NCBI GenBank assembly: GCA_035221665.1
Contig: CM069147.1
Span: forward strand, 20,460,001 to 20,524,000
DNA from: Okamejei kenojei
Taxonomy: Eukaryota
Reading direction: 5' to 3'
DNA length: 64,000 bases
In this document: one piece after another, positions 1-11,033 of the stretch
Numbering within the stretch: position 1 is the first letter of the stretch
How the letters are laid out: every line of letters starts with the position of its first letter
Program-made: the position numbers and the translations under genes
The notes under the pieces: generated by a model
Told to the model about the DNA's origin: nothing
The model's database searches: none
What the model saw: only the letters and a program-made list of their open reading frames with translations

Positions 1-562
1 TTCAACAGAGGCATTGTAAACAGCTTTTTTTAGGATGCAATATAGACAGTTTGGAAACAGCTTCATCCAAGACCACAAGAAATTGCAGAGAGTTGTGGAC
101 GTAGCTCAGACCATCACACAAACTAACTTCCCATCCATTGACTCCATCTGCACGTCATCTGCTGCAGCAAGGCCGTCAGGATAATCAAGGACCAGCCTTA
201 TACTGGCCATCATTCTTCTCCCCTCTCACATGAGGCATGACGTACAGACATTTCCGATTGCATATCTCCAGAATCAGGGACAATTTCATCCCAGCTGTAA
301 TCAGGCAAGTGAACGAACGGTCCTCTGATCAGCTGGAGTGTGGTCCTCATCAACCTCATCCATCTCACATAAGACCTTTGAACCATCTTTCATTGGCCTT
401 TATCTTGCACTAAATGTTTTACCCTTACAATTTCTCTGTGCATTGTGGATGGCTTGATTGTATTAATGTATAGCCTTTTCTTTGACAGGATAGCACGCAC
501 TCAAATGTTTTTAATTGTATAACGGTAAACGTGACATTAGCTGAAGTAAACTAAACTAAACA
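1..562 (+). mobile_element. Degraded 3' end of Rex/Babar-type non-LTR retrotransposon
   Basis: 70-150 resembles the Rex copy at ~63260-63340 (gaccacaagaaattgcagagagttgtg...cccatccattgactccatc); ends in a short (aaact)n tail at ~548-560. Confidence 0.6.
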
Positions 563-664
563 CATGACATGAAATTGAAACACAGACTTTGCGGAGCAAC
601 CTTACATAAATTTGTCACAACAAAACAAGCTATTCCATAATTTGCTCAAATCGCCGTTCAGATC

Positions 665-790
665 TGTAACGTAAGAAGGCGACTTTTTGCTTTTAACCAC
701 AAAGTCTTTCCACGACGTCATCAGCAGGTTTGCGAGCACAATTCTGTTCTCTATTATTTGTGAATTTCTTATTAGCTCGAGCTACAGATG
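665..790. promoter_or_regulatory. Conserved upstream module, copy 1 (RUNX-NFAT-CRE-like)
   Basis: ACCACA 696-701, TTTCCA 707-712, CGACGTCA 713-720; aligns with copies at 27330-27470 and 54965-55110. Confidence 0.55.
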
Positions 791-3293
791 CATTCGCTTA
801 AAGGGAAAACGTAAACGTGCAGCATGAGACAAAAACATTCGACCCGACTCGCCCACGCCGACAATATGCCTATCAAGGTGAATGCCATTTTCCTACCCAT
901 ATTCTTCTATTCCTTTCCTATTCACGTATCATACCAAATGCTTTTTAAACGGTGTGATTAGACCTGCCCCTAACTTATACAGGCAGATTACTCCATGTAC
1001 TCACCAAATATATCCATTTTTGTTTTAAACATGCACCTTCTAGTTTTAGTCACGCCTACCCTTTGACAAAATAATTATGATTATCTTCCCTGTCTATGAA
1101 CCTCATAATTTCATGAACCTCTATAGAGTCATCATGCCCCACAAGAACATGTAGATAATGTGCATAAATATACACATATTGGTGCAATTTTCTCGAACGC
1201 ATATCTCATCAATTTCCGTTTTAAATAAGTTATTTTTCAAATAATAAACTAAAGTCCACGCTGTTTTGCAAAAATATATGATTTGGACACTGGGGTAAAA
1301 TCAGTCGTTCTGGTGGGGTGGGAGATTGCAACCTTCACGTGGTCCACCCTGTTTCGACTATTGCAATCAACCCGACGTGTGCAAACAATTAGATCAAATA
1401 TATCAAGTGAACCTACAACTTTAGGCTGTGCACGCCATACGCAAGACAAAATCGTTCTGGTAAGTGGTGGAAAAGAAAAATTTGCTTTTAAAGCACATCC
1501 TGCATGATGAAAGAGACAGAATGGTTCGGGAGAAGAAATTAGACAGTTAAGGATCAATAAGATTAGCAGCCGCGAAATGCAAACATTTTGGATTGTCCAA
1601 AGACCATATTGAGAAGCAGCTAGAGTTGTGAGCACGAATAATGATACAAGGATAGGGATGAGTGAAGCAAAGCAGGCATTTGAAAGCATGGATGATATAT
1701 GTAAGGTTGGTATCTTGCTGGACAAGATATCGTACAGGCAGCCAGCAACCATGTGATGGGTAAACATGATGGCCAAGGAGATGTATACATAGCACACACA
1801 CATCGTTGCGATAGGTTAGGCAAGGTAACCATATTTTTCCCGCACCTCTGCTCTGGGTGCTTCACCTCCTGAACAAAGTGATAAGAGATCCGATGGTTTT
1901 AATGCCACCCTGGCTGTATCAACGGGCCATTCTTCCCAATTACCGCCGACCACGAAAATGCTCCAGCACCTTAATACATTCCTCTGTGCACTTTTACAGA
2001 ATTTTGAACGGGTCACTCCGTTTAAGACATTCGGGCCTGCTCATCCTTCCCCACATATTTTGCTCACGCCTCCTTGAAATACTCAAAATGTTAGGTCTTT
2101 CCATCTCACATTCTGGGACCGAAATAATCTTTCCCGATGAAGCAGCGATTCCCTTGCATTTATTCCGATCTAGCGTATCATATTCAGTTTTCACAACATA
2201 ACCTCCTTTAGATTGAAGAAACCATACGTTGATTGGACGATTTGCCTTCGGGAATCAATGTAACATTTTCAATTTTAGATAATTTGCTTTACCTTCATGT
2301 CACTTAAGAATCGGTGTCGATTGTGTCTACCCCATCTTCTTCATTCCACTTCTGTCCCAGGGGCAGAATCAAATTAGCAACAAATTACACGGCCATGGTA
2401 TGTTCATCAAATCTAACCATGATTTTATTAGTGAATTCTCTTTTATTCCACCCATCATCCTCTTCAAAATCTTGGTATTCAATAGGCTAACGCCTTTCTC
2501 TATTTCACAGTTCTGATCAGGGATCTTTCGTATGAAATATTAAACGTTTTTCCCTCCAAAGTTGCAGTCTGACCTTTTCATCTATCCAACCATTTTAATT
2601 TCCTTTTTTTACATTGTTTTGTCTCAGTTTCTATTTCCCATGTCCCATGAAAGGTTATATGCAAACTATTAATTTCCCCATTCATTTGCAAAATGTAGAA
2701 TATTATGACATTCATGATGTATAGAGTCAAGTAGAATTTATTGACATATGCAGAGGTCTGCACGGTACAGGTCCAAATTAAAGTTTGTATCCAGCAGCAC
2801 CACATGCACATTGACTCAAGCAATCTTATTTTTAGGCTCAGTTTGGTCATGGCTGACCATGGGTGTCTCCAGGGTGCTATACCCTATATGGAGGAAACCT
2901 GTGCGTGACTTTGTTTAACGTGGGGAGACTGGGGCACAGACAGCCACCCCACGATCCTTTACAGATCTGGGCCAGTATCCAGTGGCATGGAGTCACTAAA
3001 CAATTTTCACAAACCAATTATGGAATGAGGTTCACAAACAATGAATGTGTTAATACAGAGCCTTCGTGAAAGAACAGCTGAAGCGTGATGCTGTTTTTCT
3101 GAAGCGATCTGAGCTGATTAAAAAAAATCAGGGCTTATTTTTACTTACCATCAGATACCCTCTACTTTTCAAAGTCGTTCATCATCATGCTGGTTGCAAC
3201 CGAAAGAGCCCCGTGCATCGGTGACCATCATACAAACTTTGTAAACTTGCATTGCCTGTCGACAGATCTGCTGTTATTGGATTTTAAAGTAAA

Positions 3294-3864
3294 GTAGACC
3301 AAGTGGGACCCGTTGGGCCTTGTTCCCCCATCGCGATATTCCATCACTCACCCATAGTTCCCAACTGCGGCAATAACTTGTAAAAATTAAGATCAATGTT
3401 TACGCATCTCACTCTCCCTCTCCAGTCTCCTATTCCCCTCCTCCATTATCCAAACTCTCCCCAGCCGCCACCAGCCCTCCTCTGCTTCCTCCCCTCACCC
3501 CCTCCCTCCCCTCCACTTTCTTCCCCCTCCCCTTGTCCATTACCTCGCCATCCCTCTTCCTTCCCCAATCCTCCTCCCACTGCCCCCTCATCCCCAGCAC
3601 TCCCTCGCCCTCCTCTTCACTCTATTTTCTCTCTCCTCCTCCTCTCATTGACGGGCCTCCCACAACTGGACAGGCAGTTAAAAATAATAATAATAATAAT
3701 AACTTATAAATTATACCATCAATCTGAAGGAAACGTGTTTCATTTACATCGCAGGGCAATGGTGAGTAAGGTGGGCCAAAAATTGTAGCACTATCTGTAA
3801 GGTTATGGCATAGTTTTGGGGAGAAACCCACACGCAAACAAACAAGATGAGTTTTAGTAATATA
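3294..3864 (-). mobile_element. Non-autonomous Helitron-like element (tandem copy 2)
   Basis: Minus strand starts TATATTACTAAAACTCATCTTG directly after the CTAG end of the neighbouring copy; ends ggcccaacgggtcccacttggtCTAC (subterminal hairpin plus degenerate CTAG). Confidence 0.6.
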
Positions 3865-5284
3865 CTAGCCTAAGTGGGACCCGTTGGATCCCAGTCACAT
3901 GGGAGGCCTGGTCCCCCAATGCAACCCATTCCCAACGCAATATTCCACCACTCATCTATAGACCCTGTCTGCGCAGGCACGACTCATTTCCCCTCATCCC
4001 CCAGCACCCCACCCTCCTCCCCTTCATGTGTGGTAGGGGCAGAGAGGAGGGGGAGGGAAGTGGGGTGTGTGGTGGTGGGGTGGGAGGGGAGGGTTTGTGT
4101 GGTGGGGGTGTATGGGGTGCGAGGGAAGGGTATGTGTGTGGGAGGGGGGAGAGGGTGGTGTGGGGTGAAGGGGGATGTGGGGGAGGGAGGTGTGTGGCAG
4201 GGGGTGGTGGGGTGGGAGGGGAGTTGTGTATGTGGGCGGGAACAATGCAGGAGGTGGGAGGATGGATGTGGGAGGGGGTGTGGGGGAGTGTGAGGGAGTC
4301 GGTTGAGTGCGGCGGGGGAGGGGTGTGTGGCAGTGGGGTTGTGGGGTGGGGGGATTGTGGTGGCGCTGGGTTTGTGGGGGGAAGGGTTTGGGACAGGGGT
4401 GTATGTGGGGGGGGGGTATGGGGCAGAGGTGGTTGTGGGGGAGGGATGTGGGGGCGGGGGGTGGGGTGTGTGGGAGAGGGGTGTGTGTGGGCGGGTGGGT
4501 ATGGGGGGGTTGGGTGGGCGTGGAGGGGTTGGGGGGTTATGGGAGGTTGCGGGGGGGAGGGTGGGTGTGGTCGGGTATGTGGGTGTGTGTGCGGGTGGGG
4601 GGTCCTGTGTGGGCGGGGGGTTGGGTGTGTGGGCGGGAGGGGGTTGTGGGGGGTAGTTGTGGGGGAGGAGGTTGTGTGTGCTGGGGGGGGGTTGTAGGGG
4701 GAGGGGTGAGCAGGCCGGGGAGGAGGGGGAGACAGCTTGGAGAAAAGATGGGGAAGAGCCATGGGGAAGAACAGGGTATCACAGGGGAGGGGGGCAGGAA
4801 CCAGCGAAGGGGGACCAGAGTGGAGGAGGCTGGGGCTGGCGGTGTGATGGGGACTCACAGTGGGCACTGGTTGCTGGTCGTTCTTCTCCTTCGGGATCAG
4901 AGTTTCCACTTTCCATTTGGAGACATCGGCGACATCCTCGACTCCGCGCGGGGCTGGGCTGCTTCCGGTCCCTCCGAAAATTGTGTCCGGTTCGTGACCT
5001 CCGCCGGCCATCTAGAGCGTCCCTCAGCTCCAATAAAGACACGATGGCACAGGAAGGGGCGGACTGTCCCATGGAGTGACTGGAGACGAGATCAATCTGA
5101 GCACAAACTGTTCTAAGATCTTTAAACCTCGCTACTTTTACATTATGCCACCGATCAGAACAAAACATGCTGCACTCGCAGCACATGAGAACGGGGAGTG
5201 AGCTGGCGAAAAATCGTAGCACTATCGCATACTGTTTTTTCCGCAAACCAGACGATAACAAGATCAGTTTTGGTTATGTATAGA
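3865..5284 (-). mobile_element. Non-autonomous Helitron-like element with G/T-rich low-complexity interior
   Basis: Minus strand 5' A|TCTATACATAACCAAAACTGATCTTG; 3' gggatccaacgggtccc hairpin then acttaggCTAG|T (3865-3868); no TSD. Confidence 0.65.
4025..4720. repeat. G/T-rich low-complexity tract (G-quadruplex prone)
   Basis: Irregular runs of ggg/gtgt; yields spurious Gly- and Pro-rich ORFs. Confidence 0.9.
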
Positions 5285-5325
5285 TAGATAGATAGATAGG
5301 TAGATAGATACATAGATAGATAGAT
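5281..5325. repeat. (GATA)n microsatellite
   Basis: tagatagatagata... adjacent to the assembly gap. Confidence 0.9.
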
Positions 5326-5337
5326 TGGAAAGGTAGA

Positions 5338-5530
5338 NNNNNNNNNNNNNNNNNNNNNNNNNNNNNNNNNNNNNNNNNNNNNNNNNNNNNNNNNNNNNNN
5401 NNNNNNNNNNNNNNNNNNNNNNNNNNNNNNNNNNNNNNNNNNNNNNNNNNNNNNNNNNNNNNNNNNNNNNNNNNNNNNNNNNNNNNNNNNNNNNNNNNNN
5501 NNNNNNNNNNNNNNNNNNNNNNNNNNNNNN
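5338..5530. other. Assembly gap
   Basis: Run of N. Confidence 1.
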
Positions 5531-7491
5531 GAGAATAAAATCTCCTTATATGCGGATGATGTGTTACTTTATATTACAAAACCGGAAATTAGTATCCAAA
5601 ATGTATTAAAATTTATAACTGAATTTGGATCTTTTTCAGGATATAGTATTAATTGGAATAAAAGTGAACTCATGCCAATAATGGTAAATAACTTACATAT
5701 ATTACAACAATTTCCTTTTAAGATAACAAACGAAAAAATTAAATATCTTGGAATTTATGTAACAAAAAGTTTCGATTCTTTATTTAAATCCAACTTCCCA
5801 CTCTTATTGAATAAATTAAATAAGAACATTTTATATTGGAAAATTCTACCCATCTCAATGTTAGGTAAAATTAATGTAATAAAAATTATTTTTCTTCCGC
5901 AATTACTATATCTTTTCCAATTGATTCCGATATATCTTCCTAAAAATTTCTTTAGGAAGGTGAATTCTTTAGTTACCAACTTTATCTGGGATTATAAGAG
6001 CCATAGAATAAATAAAAAACATTTATGTAAATCAAAAATAAATGGAGGTCTAGCACTACCAAACTTTATGTTTTATTATTGGGCAGTTAATATTAAAAAT
6101 ATGAATTTTTGGTTAGTAGAGACAGATAAACAACCAATTTGGTTAAAAATGGAAAAAGAAGATTGTTCGCCTTTTGAAATTAGTTTGATAATATTTGCCA
6201 ATATTAATTTAGGTAAGAAAACCTATAGTGAAAACCCTATAATAGAAAGTGGAATACGTATCTGGAAACAAATAAAGAAAACATTAAAATTGGAATGTAT
6301 ACCACTAGCCCCTATCATTGTAAATAATGTTACATTTAAACCCTCAATGATGGATAAAGGCTTTTTACAATGGAAAGATAAGGGAATTAATAAGATGAGA
6401 GATCTCTACAGGGAAAATTCTTTCCTTTCATTTCAAGAATTACAACAAATTATGGAGTACATTCAAAAGATTATTTTAGATACTTACAAATTAGAGACTA
6501 TGTAAAAGCAAACACAGGAAATTAGAAATAGCAAGACAGAAATTTTAGATGAATGTCTAAATAAACATCTGAACACAGAAAAACTGATATCATATATTTA
6601 TAATATTCTATTGGAAAATGATGTCCCATTGACAGAAATATATAGACAATCATGGGGAAACGAATTAGGTCAAATTATTAGACCAGAAGTATGGGATGAA
6701 AGTTTACAACACATACACCACTGTTCGTTAAATGCTAGACACTCTCTTATACAATTTAAAATATTACATAGAGTACATTACTCAAAATCCAAACTACATA
6801 ACATTTTTTCAAATGTATCTGCTATATGTGATAAATGTCAGCACTTAGAAGCTAATCTGACACATTTACAAATTGTGTAAAAATTACAAAATTTTGGATA
6901 GAAATATTTAGGATAATTTCAAATGTTGTTAATATGAATCTGACTCTTGACTCAAAGTTAATAATATTGGGAATACTGGAAACAGATCAATTAATAACAA
7001 CAAATCAAATATTTTTTTATTGATTATAGTTTAATAATTGGGAAAAAATTAATATTAAAATTCTGGAATGGTCCTACATCCCCCACAATCAAAATGTGGA
7101 TTACAGGAATGTCGGAGACACTCCATCTGGAAAGATTGAGGCTTGTCCTAATGGACAGGTTGGATCTTTTCAGAGGAATATGGTCTACATACATTGAATA
7201 TCTAAAGGGTCAAAATGGCTCGGCGCGAATAATGGAATAGATGAAGAAATACGTATAACAAATCATGGATATTTCTCCAACGATGGATAACTTTTTAATA
7301 CTCCATTCACTTCTTTATTTTTAATTTCTTATCTCTATATTATTTTTCTCTATCTTTTCTTACTTATAAAAAAAAGTATAGAAATATAAATAAGTCTTAA
7401 ATGTTAATATTAATAATATTACGAATGTATGTAAGAAGTATTTTCTATTAATATGTATTTACAATTAATAAAAGTATTAATCAAAAAAAAA
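5531..7491 (+). mobile_element. L1-clade LINE, 3' part of ORF2 (RT C-terminus plus Cys-rich domain), 3' UTR and poly(A)
   Basis: LYADD just before ORF 5561; SGYSINWNKS, KYLGI, GGLALPNF motifs; CDKC..ANLTH knuckle; frameshifts; AATAAA at ~7467 and A-run 7483-7491. Confidence 0.9.
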
Positions 7492-7495
7492 GATT

Positions 7496-7548
7496 GATGG
7501 ATGGATGGATGGATGGATGGATGGATGGATGGATGGATGGATGGATGG
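7496..7548. repeat. (GATG)n microsatellite
   Basis: ~13 perfect units following the L1 tail. Confidence 0.95.
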
Positions 7549-7830
7549 ACCAAGTGGGAGCCATTGGTCCCCCAAACGCAATATTCCACCACTCACCCGC
7601 TCCCGTTGTGACGCCAGAGATCCCGTTGTGACGCGAGCCACGGCATCCCCTCCACCAACAGCGCCTCACCATACCTCTTCCTACCCCTATCCTCCTCCAT
7701 TCCCCCTCATCCCCAGCACTCCATCCACCTCCTCTTCACCCTCCCTCTTCTTTCCCCTCTCCCCCTCCTCCCCGCCCCCCCCCCCCCCCCACTCCCTCAC
7801 ACAACTCTCCCTCCCTCTCCTTTCTGACAT
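7546..7830 (-). mobile_element. Partial Helitron-like 3' end, same family as 3294-5284
   Basis: gaccaagtgggagccattggtcccc...cgcaatattccaccactcac matches 3297-3350 and 3870-3955. Confidence 0.5.
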
Positions 7831-8454
7831 TTATTATTTCCGATTGATCTGGTGAGATAATGAGATATTGGTGAGATACAGTACAGAAAGGTTACTTTGC
7901 AATGACAATTTTATTTATTCATCTTGGACGTACCCTTTCGAAGTACCATCCACGAACAAACTGTAAATGACCATGGATTCAGTTCAGCGCCACAATGTGA
8001 ATCATATTTTATATATTGCAGCTACAGACTCTAATGATTGTTTTACAATGGCATATAATTTGGACCATATCTATATATTTTGTAAAACATCAAAGCATTG
8101 ATTTCATTTTTTGTTTATTAAACAGAACATGCACAATTAAAATATGCAAGACGCTGTTGATTCAGGACTTGTGAGTCAGTATGCACCTGGGTTCGCCAGG
8201 CATTCAAATTAAAGATGGAATGTTAACACCTGAAACCAGAACCTCATCCCGCCAACGAGGCACCAGTTTCGTCCACTTGCATCCGAAGTCATTGCGCAGC
8301 AAAATTAAAAACGAATAAAAAACGAATCGGCTATAAGCAATTACATTTGTTCCTGGTGAATAATATCGAACATGCGGAAAAGGGACGAATTTTGGTTCAG
8401 ATATGTTATCGCCCTTCTTCGGCTGTCTTTGCGAAGTTTTGATGAATGAAATAT

Positions 8455-8715
8455 ATAAAATGGAAACAGGTCCGTTGGCCCACCGTGTGCACGCCGACCA
8501 GTTTATGTCATCCCGTTGACTTCGCGTTGATTTCCTGCAGCTCGACGTAATTTATAGAGGCCAATTAACTTACAACCCTCCAGGTTTTGTAGATCTGGGA
8601 GGAAACGGAGCACACACGCGGCGACTGGGTGAACGTGTAAACTCCAGACAGATAACACCTTACCTCAGGATCGCAACCGGTCTTTGGAGCTGTGAGATAT
8701 CTGCTGCGCCACTGT
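8455..8715 (-). mobile_element. Degraded HE1-type V-SINE
   Basis: Reverse complement resembles the SINE at 26267-26572 (gtggcgcagc head, tttacacgttc core, gggccaacggacctgtttcc tail). Confidence 0.55.
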
Positions 8716-10895
8716 TGCTGTAGGTTTCTGTATCTGTAGGGCGTGGAATATGAAAAATGCAGGTTCCAGCACTAATGTTGTTGCTTATCCACTTTACATT
8801 TTTTTTTGTCTACATTGCTTACATTTAGCAATGTAAAATGTCACGGAACGATTTGTTACTTGTCTCGATGTAAACGCATTTCCTATTGTTTGAATTTACT
8901 CGAAGCAACTTCTAGCGACGAGTTAGAATTTGGAGTACAGTCATCATAAAGATAGTATGATGACTGTAAGTGGTAATTAGAGGAGACTTTATCTCCTGGC
9001 TCGCTCAACTACAAATGTAGACTTACTAAACTATATGACCTTGAAGAAAATTAAACGTTCTTGATTCCGTTACCATTGTACATCGGTATGTTACTTTTTT
9101 ATCGTTCCTGTTTATTATACCAATGTATCAATTCAAATAAATGATGGGTGTCGCACAGAAATGCTTCAGTTTCGGGATTACTGTGCTGTATGGTATTTTG
9201 CTTTCTGCAAGTAATTGTTAGCAAGCATTGTTACAAGGATGCAGTGATACTGAAGTGAGGCTGAAAAGGAGAAGTAGTGAAAAGCGCAGTGGAAATTATC
9301 ACCCGCATTTTGCCCGGATCTACCGCATTGGTGTGCTCCAGTGACTTTGCAATGCAATGATAAGACAAACTGCTAACTGCCTTTTTTTATGGGTAAGCCA
9401 ATCAATGATCAGGAAAAGTGAAAGCACGAATGTCTACCCAGCAGAGAATAACTTATGATATTGAGTATTGTTGCTGGGAGCATAGCATTTCGTGGTTGAG
9501 AGAGCGCTGGAATGCAATCTTGGTCCTCAGTGAATTATCGTGTAACAAATCCATCTTTGCGATCCATCAGTTGGACACATTTTTAGCAAAGTAGAGGAAG
9601 AAAACAGATCAGGCATTATCTTATTTTGACTGAACATCAGGCTTGAACGACGTATTTCTGCTTTTGATCGCATACATTTTTATTTATATCACTAATGTCT
9701 CTGGATTGCTGACAATGTGTTAGGCAGTTGGTGGACCTCTGCATTGTCAGAGTATATCCCATTGGGTTGCCGATATCCCTTTTCCCCATTGCCCACCGGC
9801 CTTACCTGCTAATCTGCCAACTATGTCCATCTGCTGAACGGCAATAATGCATAATAAACTTCACAATATATTATCACACCAACTTTTTTTGAACTCGTCA
9901 TTATTAATGCAAAAAGAAAGCTTCCCCTGGGTCGCAAGCATACTGGGCAGGTTTCAACCGGTCCATTGAACTGCATATTATGGTTGATGAGCTGAGTTCT
10001 AAGCGCCATATTATTGGCGATTATAGATCTGGACACGAGGCTCTATTGTTCCCCCGCAGCTGTTCCCATTATATGGTGAAAATGGCCTAAAACATATTTG
10101 CTTTAGTGGGTTACACAAAAAGCTGGAGAAACTCAGCGGGTGCAGCAGCATCTAAGGAGCGAAGGCGATAGGTGACGTTTCGGGTCGAGACCTTTAGTGG
10201 GACCAGGGATCCGTCTTCGACGCCCTTCTTCAGCATTCAGCGCAGGCATGGATGAATGAATGGTAAGTACAATACTTTTAAATAAATTAAGTAAATACAA
10301 TGGACAAGTTTATCAATCGATGTTTAATTATGAGAAATGATTCAGAGGTGAGTTATCACAGGTAAAGATTGTGATGTTTCCACAACATTGCACCATCTCT
10401 ATTGTCCCCGGTTGAAAGTTGGCATGAATGAGCAAGAGTAGCTTTTTAATTGGCCGCTTGTGTAATCCTATGTTTGGAAAGGTCTTCTGACAGTGGCGAA
10501 TGTCTGGGCGCTTTTCTGCTGGATAATTGTGGAGATTAAATTAATCGGGTTGTTTAAAGGGATATTTAATATGTTTGTAGACGATTATGGCGCTGAGGAC
10601 TATGAGGAATTGGCACAAAGGGAGAGATGAAGACTGGAACAGATAAGGCACGGTTGCTTTGAATGGCCGTTCACGCGTGAGGGGCCGAATAACATATTGT
10701 TGCTTCTACTTTGTATATTCTTATTTGTATCTGGAATAGACAAATTGCAACAGAGAGCCTGGCTTTCATCGAATTTGAAAATGGTCACTTGTTTTCTACC
10801 CACTAACAATTAATACTCTTAATTCTAGATGCAATAAGTGAAACCTTGGGCCTATACTCCACACATAGTCTACCATCCGAACTGTATTTGGATTG

Positions 10896-11033
10896 TCAGT
10901 TACACGTCTTTTTTGAAGTATTCACATCTGCGTACACCGTGTATTTGTTGTTCTTTTTGAATGCTGATGTTTTCTTTGGGTTGTGATGTTGCACAGTTGC
11001 GTAGGTCAGCTTGTCATGTCCTCTTCCTTTAGT
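10896..11033 (-). CDS. Gene A exon 7, terminal cytoplasmic exon with ITIM and ITSM-like motif
   Basis: Acceptor ttactctcgcag; TKGRGHDKLTYATVQHHNPKKTSAFKKNNKYTVYADVNTSKKTCN*. Confidence 0.85.
   Translation of the reverse strand, partial: TKGRGHDKLTYATVQHHNPKKTSAFKKNNKYTVYADVNTSKKTCN

Noticed and set aside
1249-2201. 184-aa hydrophobic ORF and neighbours
   Set aside because: No recognisable motif or splice support; probably repeat-derived or random
3396-5261. Long Pro-/Gly-rich ORFs (up to 351 aa)
   Set aside because: Products of G/T and C-rich low-complexity sequence inside Helitron-like elements; open in many frames, no domain
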